DNA from: Mycolicibacterium smegmatis
Lineage (GTDB): Bacteria; Actinomycetota; Actinomycetes; Mycobacteriales; Mycobacteriaceae
DNA: 32,000 nucleotides
Assembly (NCBI RefSeq): GCF_001457595.1
Contig: NZ_LN831039.1
Coordinates: 3,510,001 to 3,542,000 of the forward strand
Direction: 5' to 3'
In this document: one piece after another, positions 24,786 through 32,000 of the stretch
How positions within the stretch are numbered: the stretch's first letter is position 1
Layout: the number at the start of each line of letters is the position of its first letter
Notes under the pieces: model-generated
Database searches by the model: none
The model's input: only the letters and a program-made list of their open reading frames with translations
What the model was told of the DNA's origin: nothing
Program-made: the position numbers and the translations under genes

Positions 24786-27002
24786 GCAGCCGGCGAAAAG
24801 CCTTTGGTATCACACAGCAAAGACTCGGCGGAGACGCCCACTCTCGCCGAGAGCGTCTACCAGCGAATCCGGCGCAACATCCTCGAAGGCCGGATCATGC
24901 CGGGCACACGGGTGTCCATTCGTTCGCTCGCCGAATCGGTCGGAGTGTCGACGATGCCGACCCGCGAGGCGCTCAAACGTCTGAGCTTCGAGGGCCTGGT
25001 CGAGTACGACCGGCGCGCGGTCACGATAAGTACGTTGTCGCCGAAGGCCATTCGCGAACTTTTCACGATCCGCCTACGGCTTGAGCTGCTCGCGACCGAA
25101 TGGGCGCTGCCTCGGCTCGACGCCGAGACGACCGTGGCGTTGCGCTCGGTTCTCGACCGGATGATTGTCCCGGGAATCAGCGCCATCACCTGGCGCGAGC
25201 TCAACCGTGAGTTCCACCAGACGTTCTGCAGCTGCGGCGACAGCCGTTACCTTCTGGAACTGATCCACAACATCTGGGATCGCATCCAGCCGTACATGGC
25301 GATCTACGCGTCGGCGATGCACGACTTCACCGAAGCCGACCGTCAGCACGAGCACATGTATCAGCTGATGCTCGCACGAGACCTCGACGGCCTTCTCGAT
25401 GCCACGACCCGGCACCTCGAGCACACCGCAGAAGCCATCGTCAGCGCACTGGGCGCCGACACAACCACCGGCAGGGGGAACAACGTGAACTACGAGGAGC
25501 TTTCGATCAGCTCTTTCCACCGACTCGTCGAATCCGGCGGGGCCACCAGCGCCGATCTCACCGCCTGGTATTTGGATCGCATCGCAACACTCGACTCCAT
25601 CGACAATCCCGACGGTCCCCAGCTCAACTCGGTCGTGACCGTCAACCCCGCAGCGCTCGACGAAGCTCGCGCGCTCGACGAAAAGTACGCACGCACGGGC
25701 ACCCTCGTCGGCCCGTTGCACGGCGTGCCGATCCTGATCAAGGACCAGGGTGAAACCAAAGGTATCCCCACGGCATTCGGATCGACCGCGTTCGCGGACT
25801 ACATCCCGGATACCGATGCCACCGTGGTCGACCGCCTGCGCAGGGCCGGCGCGGTGATCCTCGGCAAGACCGCCATGTGCGACTTCGCCGCAGGATGGTT
25901 CTCCTTCTCCTCACGCACCGACCACACAAAGAACCCGTACGACCTCGATCGTGAGACCGGAGGCTCGAGCGCGGGCACCGCTGCGGCAGTGACCGCCAAC
26001 CTCTGCCTCGTCGGCATCGGAGAGGACACCGGCGGATCGATCCGCCTGCCGTCATCGTTCACAAACCTCTTCGGGCTGCGGGTCACCACCGGGCTGGTCT
26101 CCAGAACCGGGTTCTCGCCACTGGTGCACTTCCAGGACACCCCAGGACCCATGGCGCGCAACGTATCCGACCTTGCTGCGGTGCTGGACGTCATCGTCGG
26201 CTACGACCCCACCGACTCGTACACCGCACTGGCGACCTCCGGTCCCGAAGTCGGTGACTACGGTGAGGCCCTCGACGGCGTCGACGCCGACACGCTGTCC
26301 GGTTTCCGCGTCGGGGTACTGACCGACGCATTCGGGGCCGGCGACGACCAGGAACTGACGAACAGTGTCGTGCGCGCTGCCATCGATCGCCTACGACACC
26401 ACGGAACAGGCGTGGTCGACGGCATCGTGCTCGGCAATCTCGAAACCTGGGTGGCCGAGACCTCGCTGTACACCATCCAATCCAAGTTCGACCTCGAGAA
26501 GTTCCTGGGGTCCCGCAGGCACACAGGACCGACGACGATCCGCGAAATCGTCGATCACGGAGACTTCCACCCGCTCACCGACCTGTTGGCCGACATCGCC
26601 GACGGACCGTCAAACCCCGAAGATCATCCCGAGTACTTCAAGAAGCGGACGCGCCAGGAGGATTGGCGACGCACGTTGCTCGCGAAGATGGCCGAAGCCG
26701 AGATCGACTTCCTCGTCTACCCCACCGTTCAGGTGCCTGCACCGACCCGAGCCGATCTCGCCGCGAAACGCTGGACCGCACTGAACTTCCCCACCAACAC
26801 CATCATCGCGTCGCAGACGTCGTTGCCCGCGATGAGCATTCCCGTCGGCTTCACCGACTCAGGCTTGCCGGTGGGGCTGGAAGTCGTCGGACGACCGCTC
26901 ACCGAGCGTGCGCTCCTGCGGTTCGCGCGCGCCTGGGAACTGGCCGAGGCGCCCCGCCGCCAGCCCCAGATCGAGGCATCGAAAGCGCGGGTGACGATGT
27001 GA
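24777..27002 (+). CDS. Single ORF encoding a GntR-family (FCD-type) regulator module fused in frame to an amidase-signature enzyme
   Basis: Codons 1-236 carry the GntR wHTH SIRSLAESVGVSTMPTREALKRLSFEGLV plus a helical FCD-like domain ending ...HLEHTAEAIVSAL. From codon 237 (GTG 25485) the amidase family begins: HGVPILIKDQ (Lys), GGSSAGTAAAV and GGSIRLPSS. There is no stop between the modules in the sequence as given. Confidence 0.7.
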   Translation: MITAAGEKPLVSHSKDSAETPTLAESVYQRIRRNILEGRIMPGTRVSIRSLAESVGVSTMPTREALKRLSFEGLVEYDRRAVTISTLSPKAIRELFTIRLRLELLATEWALPRLDAETTVALRSVLDRMIVPGISAITWRELNREFHQTFCSCGDSRYLLELIHNIWDRIQPYMAIYASAMHDFTEADRQHEHMYQLMLARDLDGLLDATTRHLEHTAEAIVSALGADTTTGRGNNVNYEELSISSFHRLVESGGATSADLTAWYLDRIATLDSIDNPDGPQLNSVVTVNPAALDEARALDEKYARTGTLVGPLHGVPILIKDQGETKGIPTAFGSTAFADYIPDTDATVVDRLRRAGAVILGKTAMCDFAAGWFSFSSRTDHTKNPYDLDRETGGSSAGTAAAVTANLCLVGIGEDTGGSIRLPSSFTNLFGLRVTTGLVSRTGFSPLVHFQDTPGPMARNVSDLAAVLDVIVGYDPTDSYTALATSGPEVGDYGEALDGVDADTLSGFRVGVLTDAFGAGDDQELTNSVVRAAIDRLRHHGTGVVDGIVLGNLETWVAETSLYTIQSKFDLEKFLGSRRHTGPTTIREIVDHGDFHPLTDLLADIADGPSNPEDHPEYFKKRTRQEDWRRTLLAKMAEAEIDFLVYPTVQVPAPTRADLAAKRWTALNFPTNTIIASQTSLPAMSIPVGFTDSGLPVGLEVVGRPLTERALLRFARAWELAEAPRRQPQIEASKARVTM
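25473..25487 (+). promoter_or_regulatory. Internal Shine-Dalgarno (AGGGGGAA) plus GTG at the regulator/amidase junction; contains a G5 homopolymer at 25474-25478
   Basis: The sequence is ...ACC GGC AGG GGG AAC AAC GTG AAC.... The SD ends about 5 nt before GTG 25485. Removing one G gives AGG GGA ACA ACG TGA, a stop that overlaps the GTG as GTGA. Confidence 0.5.
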
Positions 27003-27796
27003 CCGTCATCGACCTCAACGCCGACCTCGGGGAGAGCTTCGGCGTCTACACCTACGGTGCTGACGCCGAGATGATGCCGTTGATCACCTCGGCCAACATC
27101 GCCTGCGGTGGCCACGGCGGCGACCCGGCCGTCATGCGCACCAGCGTCGCGCTCGCCCACGCGCACGACGTGGCTGTCGGTGCCCACGTGGGGCTTCCGG
27201 ACCGCTTGGGGTTCGGCAGGAGAGAAATCCCGACGACCGCGCAGGAGGCGTACGACCTCTGTCTGTATCAGGTCGGTGCCCTGGACGGCTTCCTCCGCGC
27301 GCAGGGTACTGCCATGCAACATCTCAAACTGCACGGATCGCTCTACATGATGGCCAACCGGGACCGCGACCTCGCCGAAGCCGTGTGCGCTGCCGTCACC
27401 GCACTCGACCCTGCGTTGCTGATCTACGTGCTGCCAGGTTCCGCACTGCACACCACGGCCGTGGAGACCGGCCTGACGCCGGTGATCGAGATCTTCGCCG
27501 ACCGCCCGTACCGCGACGGCGTCGTCCAGATGTACGACCGCACGGCCGAACTCATCGGTGGCCCCGACCAGGTGGTCACGCGCACACTCTCACAGTTGGC
27601 GGCCATCAGCGAAACCACCGGCACCGATGTTCACCTGACCGTGTGCGTCCACAGCGACACCCCTGGCGCCCCTGCGCTACTCGCCGCGGTACGCAGCGCC
27701 CTCACCGCCGAGGGCCACACGTTCCGGTCGCCCACCGAACCGGCGTCAGCGACGACGCGAAAACCCATCCTGACCGCCGCCCTCGGCGGCGAATAG
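26999..27796 (+). CDS. LamB/YcsF-family protein (5-oxoprolinase subunit A / lactam-utilisation type)
   Basis: I start at GTG 26999, a GTGA overlap with the amidase stop. VIDLNADLGESFG and ANIACGGHGGDP are LamB/YcsF hallmarks. Confidence 0.85.
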   Translation: MTVIDLNADLGESFGVYTYGADAEMMPLITSANIACGGHGGDPAVMRTSVALAHAHDVAVGAHVGLPDRLGFGRREIPTTAQEAYDLCLYQVGALDGFLRAQGTAMQHLKLHGSLYMMANRDRDLAEAVCAAVTALDPALLIYVLPGSALHTTAVETGLTPVIEIFADRPYRDGVVQMYDRTAELIGGPDQVVTRTLSQLAAISETTGTDVHLTVCVHSDTPGAPALLAAVRSALTAEGHTFRSPTEPASATTRKPILTAALGGE

Positions 27797-27812
27797 TTCA
27801 GAAAGTCCGCTC

Positions 27813-29174
27813 ATGACAACATCCCGTCCCATCAGCGCCTCATCACACACACCGCCACGAGACGAACCACTGCACCTGGAATCGGAATTCGAAGACCAGC
27901 CGGTCCCGCAGTCACACCGGCGCTCCACGTTGTCGATCTCGGCCGTGTGGTTCGGCTTTCCCATGGTGCTCACGTGCGCCATCTTCGGCGGAACCATCGT
28001 CTACGGACTCGGTTTCTGGAAAGGCGTACTGGCGATCGTCGTCGGCAACGCCGTTCTGTTCGGCTACGTCGGCGCGCTGTCGTATCTCGCAGGCAAGACC
28101 GGCAAGAACTTCGCACTGAGCGCGGCCGAAACCTTCGGACAACACGGTTCGAAGATCGTCACCGGGTTTCTCGCCACCGTCGTGATCGGATGGTTCGCCT
28201 TCCAAACCGGGCTCACCGGAGCAACTCTCAACCTGTCCCTGGGCTGGAGCGAAACACTGATCGTGCTGATCGCCGGGCTCCTCTACATCGGGGTCACGTT
28301 CATCGGCATACGCGCGCTGACCGTCATCGGGATGATCGCCGCGCCACTGTTCATCGTGCTGGGCGTCACGGCCGTCTTCCTCGTCACCCGCGACGACGGT
28401 TGGGGCGCAATCGCCTCCTACGAAGGCGCCGGAACCGGTGCGACCGTGCTGTCGATCGGCGCCGCGGTGACCGTCGTGGTCGCCAGCTTCATCGACTCGG
28501 GCACCATGACCGCGGACTTCACCCGTTGGTCCAAAGGCGGAAAGGAAGCTGTCATCGCGGCTTTCAGCGCCTTCCCGGTCGCCAACCTCATCGCCATGCT
28601 CACCGGCGCGGTGATCGTTGCCGCAGGCGGCGCCCTCAACCCGGCCACCGACGGCGGCGACTTCCTGCCGATCCTCGTCGACCACGGCGCGATCCTGACG
28701 GTCCTCGCGGTGATTTTCGTGTTCGTCAACCTCGGATCCGTCTGCTCACACTGCCTGTACAACGGCGCCGTGGGGTGGAGTCAGCTCGTCGGCTCCAGGA
28801 TGCGCATCCTCACCCTCGTGCTGGGCGCCCTCGGATTGGCGATCGCACTGGCCGGAGTGTGGAGCCACTTCCCCACCTGGCTGAACCTCCTGGGCATCTT
28901 CGTCCCGTCGATCGGCGCCGTCGTGATCGTCGACCAGCTGCTTACGCGTCGCGCATGTTCGCGTAGGGCGGCAACGTTGCGGGCAGAGCCCTTCGCCGCC
29001 TGGATCATCGGCGCGGCCTGCGCGTACGCCACACATCACTGGGCTCCTCAGTTGAGCGAGGCCGTGGCCGGAATGGTCTGCGCCGCAGTCGCATACCTCC
29101 TGATCGACATGGTATCGGGTCGCCGGAGCTCCGCCGAGAACGCGGATTCCACGGTGAGCGAGGTGGTCGCATGA
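27813..29174 (+). CDS. Purine-cytosine permease family transporter (NCS1, CodB-like)
   Basis: 453 aa with about 12 TM segments. The N-terminal block STLSISAVWFGFPMVLTCAIFGG...GNAVLFGYVGALSYLAGKTGKNFALSAAETFG resembles cytosine permeases. Confidence 0.75.
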   Translation: MTTSRPISASSHTPPRDEPLHLESEFEDQPVPQSHRRSTLSISAVWFGFPMVLTCAIFGGTIVYGLGFWKGVLAIVVGNAVLFGYVGALSYLAGKTGKNFALSAAETFGQHGSKIVTGFLATVVIGWFAFQTGLTGATLNLSLGWSETLIVLIAGLLYIGVTFIGIRALTVIGMIAAPLFIVLGVTAVFLVTRDDGWGAIASYEGAGTGATVLSIGAAVTVVVASFIDSGTMTADFTRWSKGGKEAVIAAFSAFPVANLIAMLTGAVIVAAGGALNPATDGGDFLPILVDHGAILTVLAVIFVFVNLGSVCSHCLYNGAVGWSQLVGSRMRILTLVLGALGLAIALAGVWSHFPTWLNLLGIFVPSIGAVVIVDQLLTRRACSRRAATLRAEPFAAWIIGAACAYATHHWAPQLSEAVAGMVCAAVAYLLIDMVSGRRSSAENADSTVSEVVA

Positions 29175-30172
29175 CCGGGCTCGACGGATTGAACCCGACT
29201 CCGGGCGCACTCGTCCTGGGTCTCGTGCAGGCGCGAGTTCCGGTCATCAAAGAGCCCGGTGACCTCAAGTCGACGGCCGAACGTCTCGCGGGGATGGTCG
29301 TCGGCGCCAAGAAAGGCATGCCGTCGATCGACCTGGTGGTCATGCCCGAATACAGCATCAACGGCCTCGACCCCGACACCTGGCTCGACGACTCTCTGCT
29401 GTGCGACCGAAACGGACCGGAGATGACCCTGCTGGCCGATGCCTGTCGGGACGCCGGCGTCTGGGGATGCTTCTCGATCATGGAGCGCAATCCCGGTGGA
29501 GCACCGTGGAATTCCGGCATCATCATCGACGATCACGGTGAAGAGAGACTCTACTACCGGAAGATGCACCCGTGGGTGCCTGCCGAACCGTGGGCACCCG
29601 GCGACCTCGGCGTCCCCGTGTGCGACGGCCCTTCGGGGTCACGACTCGCGCTGATCATCTGCCACGACGGCATGCTGCCCGAGATGGCACGTGAGGCGGC
29701 ATACAAGGGCGCCAACGTGATCCTGCGCACGGCCGGCTACACCTATCCGATCCAGCACTCATGGCGGATCACCAACCAGACCAACGCCTTTCACAACTTA
29801 GCTTACACGGCGTCGGTTGCCTTAGCAGGTCCCGACCAGAACAACATCTGGTCGCAGGGCGAGGCGATGGTCTGCGATGTCGACGGCACGATCCTCGTGT
29901 CCGGAGACGGCACACCGGACCGGATCGTGACCGCCGAGGTCGTTCCCTCCCGCGCCGACGAGGCACGACGGACCTGGGGCGTGGAGAACAACATCTACCA
30001 ACTCGGCCACCGCGGATATACCGCCGTGACGGGTGGCGCCCAGGACTGCCCGTACACCTTCATGCAGGACCTGGTGGCCAGGACTTACCGGTTGCCATGG
30101 GAGGACGAGGTGCGGCACGTGGACGGCACGGGAGCGGGCTGGGGCGCGCCGGAGACCGTGCGGGCGAAGTAG
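29171..30172 (+). CDS. Carbon-nitrogen hydrolase superfamily: aliphatic amidase/formamidase (AmiE/AmiF-like)
   Basis: 333 aa with an ATGA overlap with the permease. The E-K-C triad context is VMPEYS, YYRKMHPWVP and LIICHDGMLPE. The tail GVENNIYQLGHRGYTAV..DCPYTFM is typical of AmiE/AmiF. Confidence 0.8.
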   Translation: MTGLDGLNPTPGALVLGLVQARVPVIKEPGDLKSTAERLAGMVVGAKKGMPSIDLVVMPEYSINGLDPDTWLDDSLLCDRNGPEMTLLADACRDAGVWGCFSIMERNPGGAPWNSGIIIDDHGEERLYYRKMHPWVPAEPWAPGDLGVPVCDGPSGSRLALIICHDGMLPEMAREAAYKGANVILRTAGYTYPIQHSWRITNQTNAFHNLAYTASVALAGPDQNNIWSQGEAMVCDVDGTILVSGDGTPDRIVTAEVVPSRADEARRTWGVENNIYQLGHRGYTAVTGGAQDCPYTFMQDLVARTYRLPWEDEVRHVDGTGAGWGAPETVRAK

Positions 30173-30206
30173 GCTCGTGCGCCTGACTCCGTGTGAATCT
30201 GCGCGC

Positions 30207-30225
30207 GGTCCGGGTTTGTCGGACC
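30207..30225 (+). terminator. Weak stem-loop after the amidase operon
   Basis: GGTCCG (30207-30212), a 7-nt loop ggtttgt, then CGGACC (30220-30225), followed by cttctg. The stem is short and there is no clear U-tract. Confidence 0.25.
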
Positions 30226-30244
30226 CTTCTGCGATGATGGGGTC

Positions 30245-31483
30245 ATGACGTCGGCAGCGACTTCTCCTGCTGCTCAACCAACTCCGGTTGAGCGGTTGGA
30301 GGTGCTGTTCGATGCGTTGGCGGAGTTGACGGGTCAGCGTAATGCGATCGACGCGAAGATTGTGCAGATCGTGGCCGAGATCGATCGTGACGGGTTGTGG
30401 GGCGCCACGGGTGCCCGGTCGATTTCGGCGTTGGTGGCGTGGAAGACCGGAGCCTCGGAACGTAACGCCAAGGCGATCGCCGCGGTCGCACACCGCGCCG
30501 AGGAGTTTCCGCGGTGTGTGCAGGGTTTGGGTGAGGGGCGGCTGTCGTTGGATCAGGTCGGGGTGATCGCCGAGGGCGCAGCCGACGGATCCGATGAGCA
30601 TTACGCCGCATTGGCGTCGGTGGCCACGGTCAGCCAGTTGCGCAAAGCGATCAGCCTCGAACCCAAACCGGAACCCGAACCGAAACCTGAACCGCGGCGG
30701 TCGATCAGAACGAATCCGGGCGACGGGTACACGACGTACCACATCACGTTGCCGCGGTCGGAGGCGGCGAAGTTCGACACCGCGCTGGAGGCCAGCCACG
30801 AGGGGTTGATCGCCCGGTGGGAACGTGAGCAGGATCCCGGTGACCCGGCGGTGCCTATGCCCGATCATGTGGATGCGTTCATGGCTCTGGTCGAGACCGG
30901 CTGGGACCGCGAGGCCACCCGGCGCCCGCACGGTCAGCACACCGCGGTGGCGGTGCACGTGGATCTGAAGAGCAAGGTGGCCGCCCTGCATCTGGGGCCG
31001 CTACTCGGCGATGACGAGCGCCGCTTGCTGACCTGTGATGCGACTTGTGAGGTGTGGTTCGAACTCCGGGGCCGGGTGATCGGCACCGGGCGGGCCACCC
31101 GCACGGTCAACCGCCGGCTGCGCCGCGCCCTGGAGCATCGCGACCGGTGTTGTGTGGTGCCCGGATGCAGCGCAACCCGCGGTCTGCACGCCCACCACCT
31201 GGTTCACTGGGAAGACGGCGGACTGACCGAGATGGCCAATCTTGTGCTGCTGTGCCCCTATCACCACCGCGCGCATCATCGGGGCCTGATCACCATCACC
31301 GGACCGGCCGATCAGCTCACCGTCACCGACGACAGAGGCCGCTTGTTGACCAACCAGTCGCTGGCCCGCACCCCCACCACGCCACCGCCGACAGTCCCAC
31401 CGTGTCCGGGCCCGCTCGGCGAACGCGCCCAATGGTGGTGGTACCAACCCTTCGGACCCCAACCACCACCGTCAGCCAACTAG
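30245..31483 (+). CDS. DUF222 / HNH-endonuclease domain protein (REP13E12-type family)
   Basis: 412 aa. The N-terminus has a DUF222-like pattern (LAELTGQRNAIDAKIVQIVAEIDRDGLW). The C-terminus CCVVPGCSATRGLHAHHLVHWEDGGLTEMANLVLLCPYHHRAHHRG is an HNH nuclease motif. Confidence 0.85.
   Translation: MTSAATSPAAQPTPVERLEVLFDALAELTGQRNAIDAKIVQIVAEIDRDGLWGATGARSISALVAWKTGASERNAKAIAAVAHRAEEFPRCVQGLGEGRLSLDQVGVIAEGAADGSDEHYAALASVATVSQLRKAISLEPKPEPEPKPEPRRSIRTNPGDGYTTYHITLPRSEAAKFDTALEASHEGLIARWEREQDPGDPAVPMPDHVDAFMALVETGWDREATRRPHGQHTAVAVHVDLKSKVAALHLGPLLGDDERRLLTCDATCEVWFELRGRVIGTGRATRTVNRRLRRALEHRDRCCVVPGCSATRGLHAHHLVHWEDGGLTEMANLVLLCPYHHRAHHRGLITITGPADQLTVTDDRGRLLTNQSLARTPTTPPPTVPPCPGPLGERAQWWWYQPFGPQPPPSAN
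30659..30694 (+). repeat. Hexanucleotide-type tandem repeat (GAACCN/AAACCN) encoding EPKPEPEPKPEP
   Basis: Read directly from the sequence: gaacccaaaccggaacccgaaccgaaacctgaaccg. It is in frame within the DUF222/HNH gene. Confidence 0.7.
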
Positions 31484-31596
31484 GTTGAGCGACGAGATGT
31501 CGCGCTCTCCTGACGCATCGGCGCGCCAGTCATCAGCCGTCGCGCCGCACTACGTGCACCGGCGGCCGGCATGACTGGTTGAGCGTCCGTCGGTGA

Positions 31597-32000
31597 TCAC
31601 GGGGCGCCACAATGTGTTTCCGCAACGTGCTTTTGCGCCCCTGCAGATGCGTGGCGTGCCCCCAGATCGGCGCGCTTCCGCGAAGACGATTCTCTCGACT
31701 CCCTCGACCTGATCAGAGTGCTTGCCGCAAAACCCGCAGCAATGTAAGCCGAGGCGATGACCGCTGCGACGACGGGGAGGCCGCTATCCCACGAAGCGTT
31801 GTACTCGACGATGAGCCCCACGATCGCAACACCGACCAGCACCCCCAACTGACGGTTGGCGTTCAAGATCGCGCCGGCGTGATTGGCGTGACGGTCGCCT
31901 GCGGCGGCGACCGTCGCGGCGGTCATGGACGCCGTGACAAGTCCCGCTCCACTGTTGGCGATCCCCAGCACGAGCGCGAGAAGCCAGTACGGCGTCTCCC
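31597..32000 (-). CDS. MFS transporter, C-terminal part; the 5' end lies beyond the right edge
   Basis: The frame stays open to base 32000 (..ETPYWLLALVLGIANSGAGLVTASMTAATVAAAG..NANRQLGVLVGVAIVGLIV). These are hydrophobic TM segments typical of drug/H+ antiporter-type MFS proteins. Confidence 0.6.
   Translation of the reverse strand, partial: ETPYWLLALVLGIANSGAGLVTASMTAATVAAAGDRHANHAGAILNANRQLGVLVGVAIVGLIVEYNASWDSGLPVVAAVIASAYIAAGFAASTLIRSRESRESSSRKRADLGARHASAGAQKHVAETHCGAP

Noticed and set aside
1-32000. CRISPR arrays, IS elements or transposases, integrases, prophage genes, toxin-antitoxin pairs and recognisable anti-phage defence genes.
   Set aside because: No regularly spaced direct repeats are present. 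No DDE, tyrosine-recombinase or serine-recombinase-like translations appear in any frame of the ORF track. The only nuclease-type gene is the DUF222/HNH protein, and I could not identify terminal inverted repeats around it.

Overview
G+C-rich actinobacterial chromosomal DNA, Mycobacteriaceae/Nocardiaceae-like. Supporting signs are an F420-type PPOX protein, paired FadE-like acyl-CoA dehydrogenases, a DUF222/HNH (REP13E12-type) gene and frequent GTG starts with 4-nt start/stop overlaps. The window is densely coding, with about 32 genes, and is almost entirely accessory catabolism and regulation. I recognised no rRNA, tRNA, CRISPR array, transposase or integrase.

Layout:
(i) 1-8.1 kb holds mixed redox/hydrolase genes: GMC oxidoreductase tail, MBL hydrolase, a secreted transglycosylase-like protein, SDR, a secreted serine hydrolase, F420-PPOX, azoreductase, ArsR and a decayed SRPBCC partner.
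(ii) 7.2-20.8 kb holds two divergent, tightly coupled operons. The minus operon is ADH-ALDH-MFS-SnoaL-NmrA. The plus operon is ThDP enzyme, enoyl-CoA hydratase, family III CoA-transferase, two ACADs, cupin and SDR. An IclR gene lies at the far end.
(iii) 20.8-24.7 kb holds an M20 peptidase and an MHS transporter, divergent from a PucR regulator.
(iv) 24.8-30.2 kb holds an amide/N-heterocycle-type operon: GntR::amidase, LamB/YcsF, NCS1 permease and an aliphatic amidase/formamidase.
(v) A DUF222/HNH gene and a truncated MFS gene sit at the right edge.

Most noteworthy:
- A GntR/FCD regulator and an amidase-signature enzyme read as one 741-codon ORF. The junction is a G5 run that is also the amidase ribosome-binding site; one G fewer restores two genes with a GTGA overlap.
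- An AT-rich 14-bp palindrome, TACGTAATTACGTA, occurs twice in the divergent promoter region at 12.8 kb. A 12/14 copy sits directly upstream of the IclR gene at 20.76 kb, which defines a candidate regulon.
- A thiolase-free, ligase-free acyl-CoA pathway is built around a ThDP enzyme plus a family III CoA-transferase.
- A LamB/YcsF gene has no PxpB/PxpC partners.
- A 740-bp lower-GC noncoding tract carries several palindromes and hairpins.

All functional calls rest on motif recognition by eye in the supplied translations. No database search or RNA covariance model was run.
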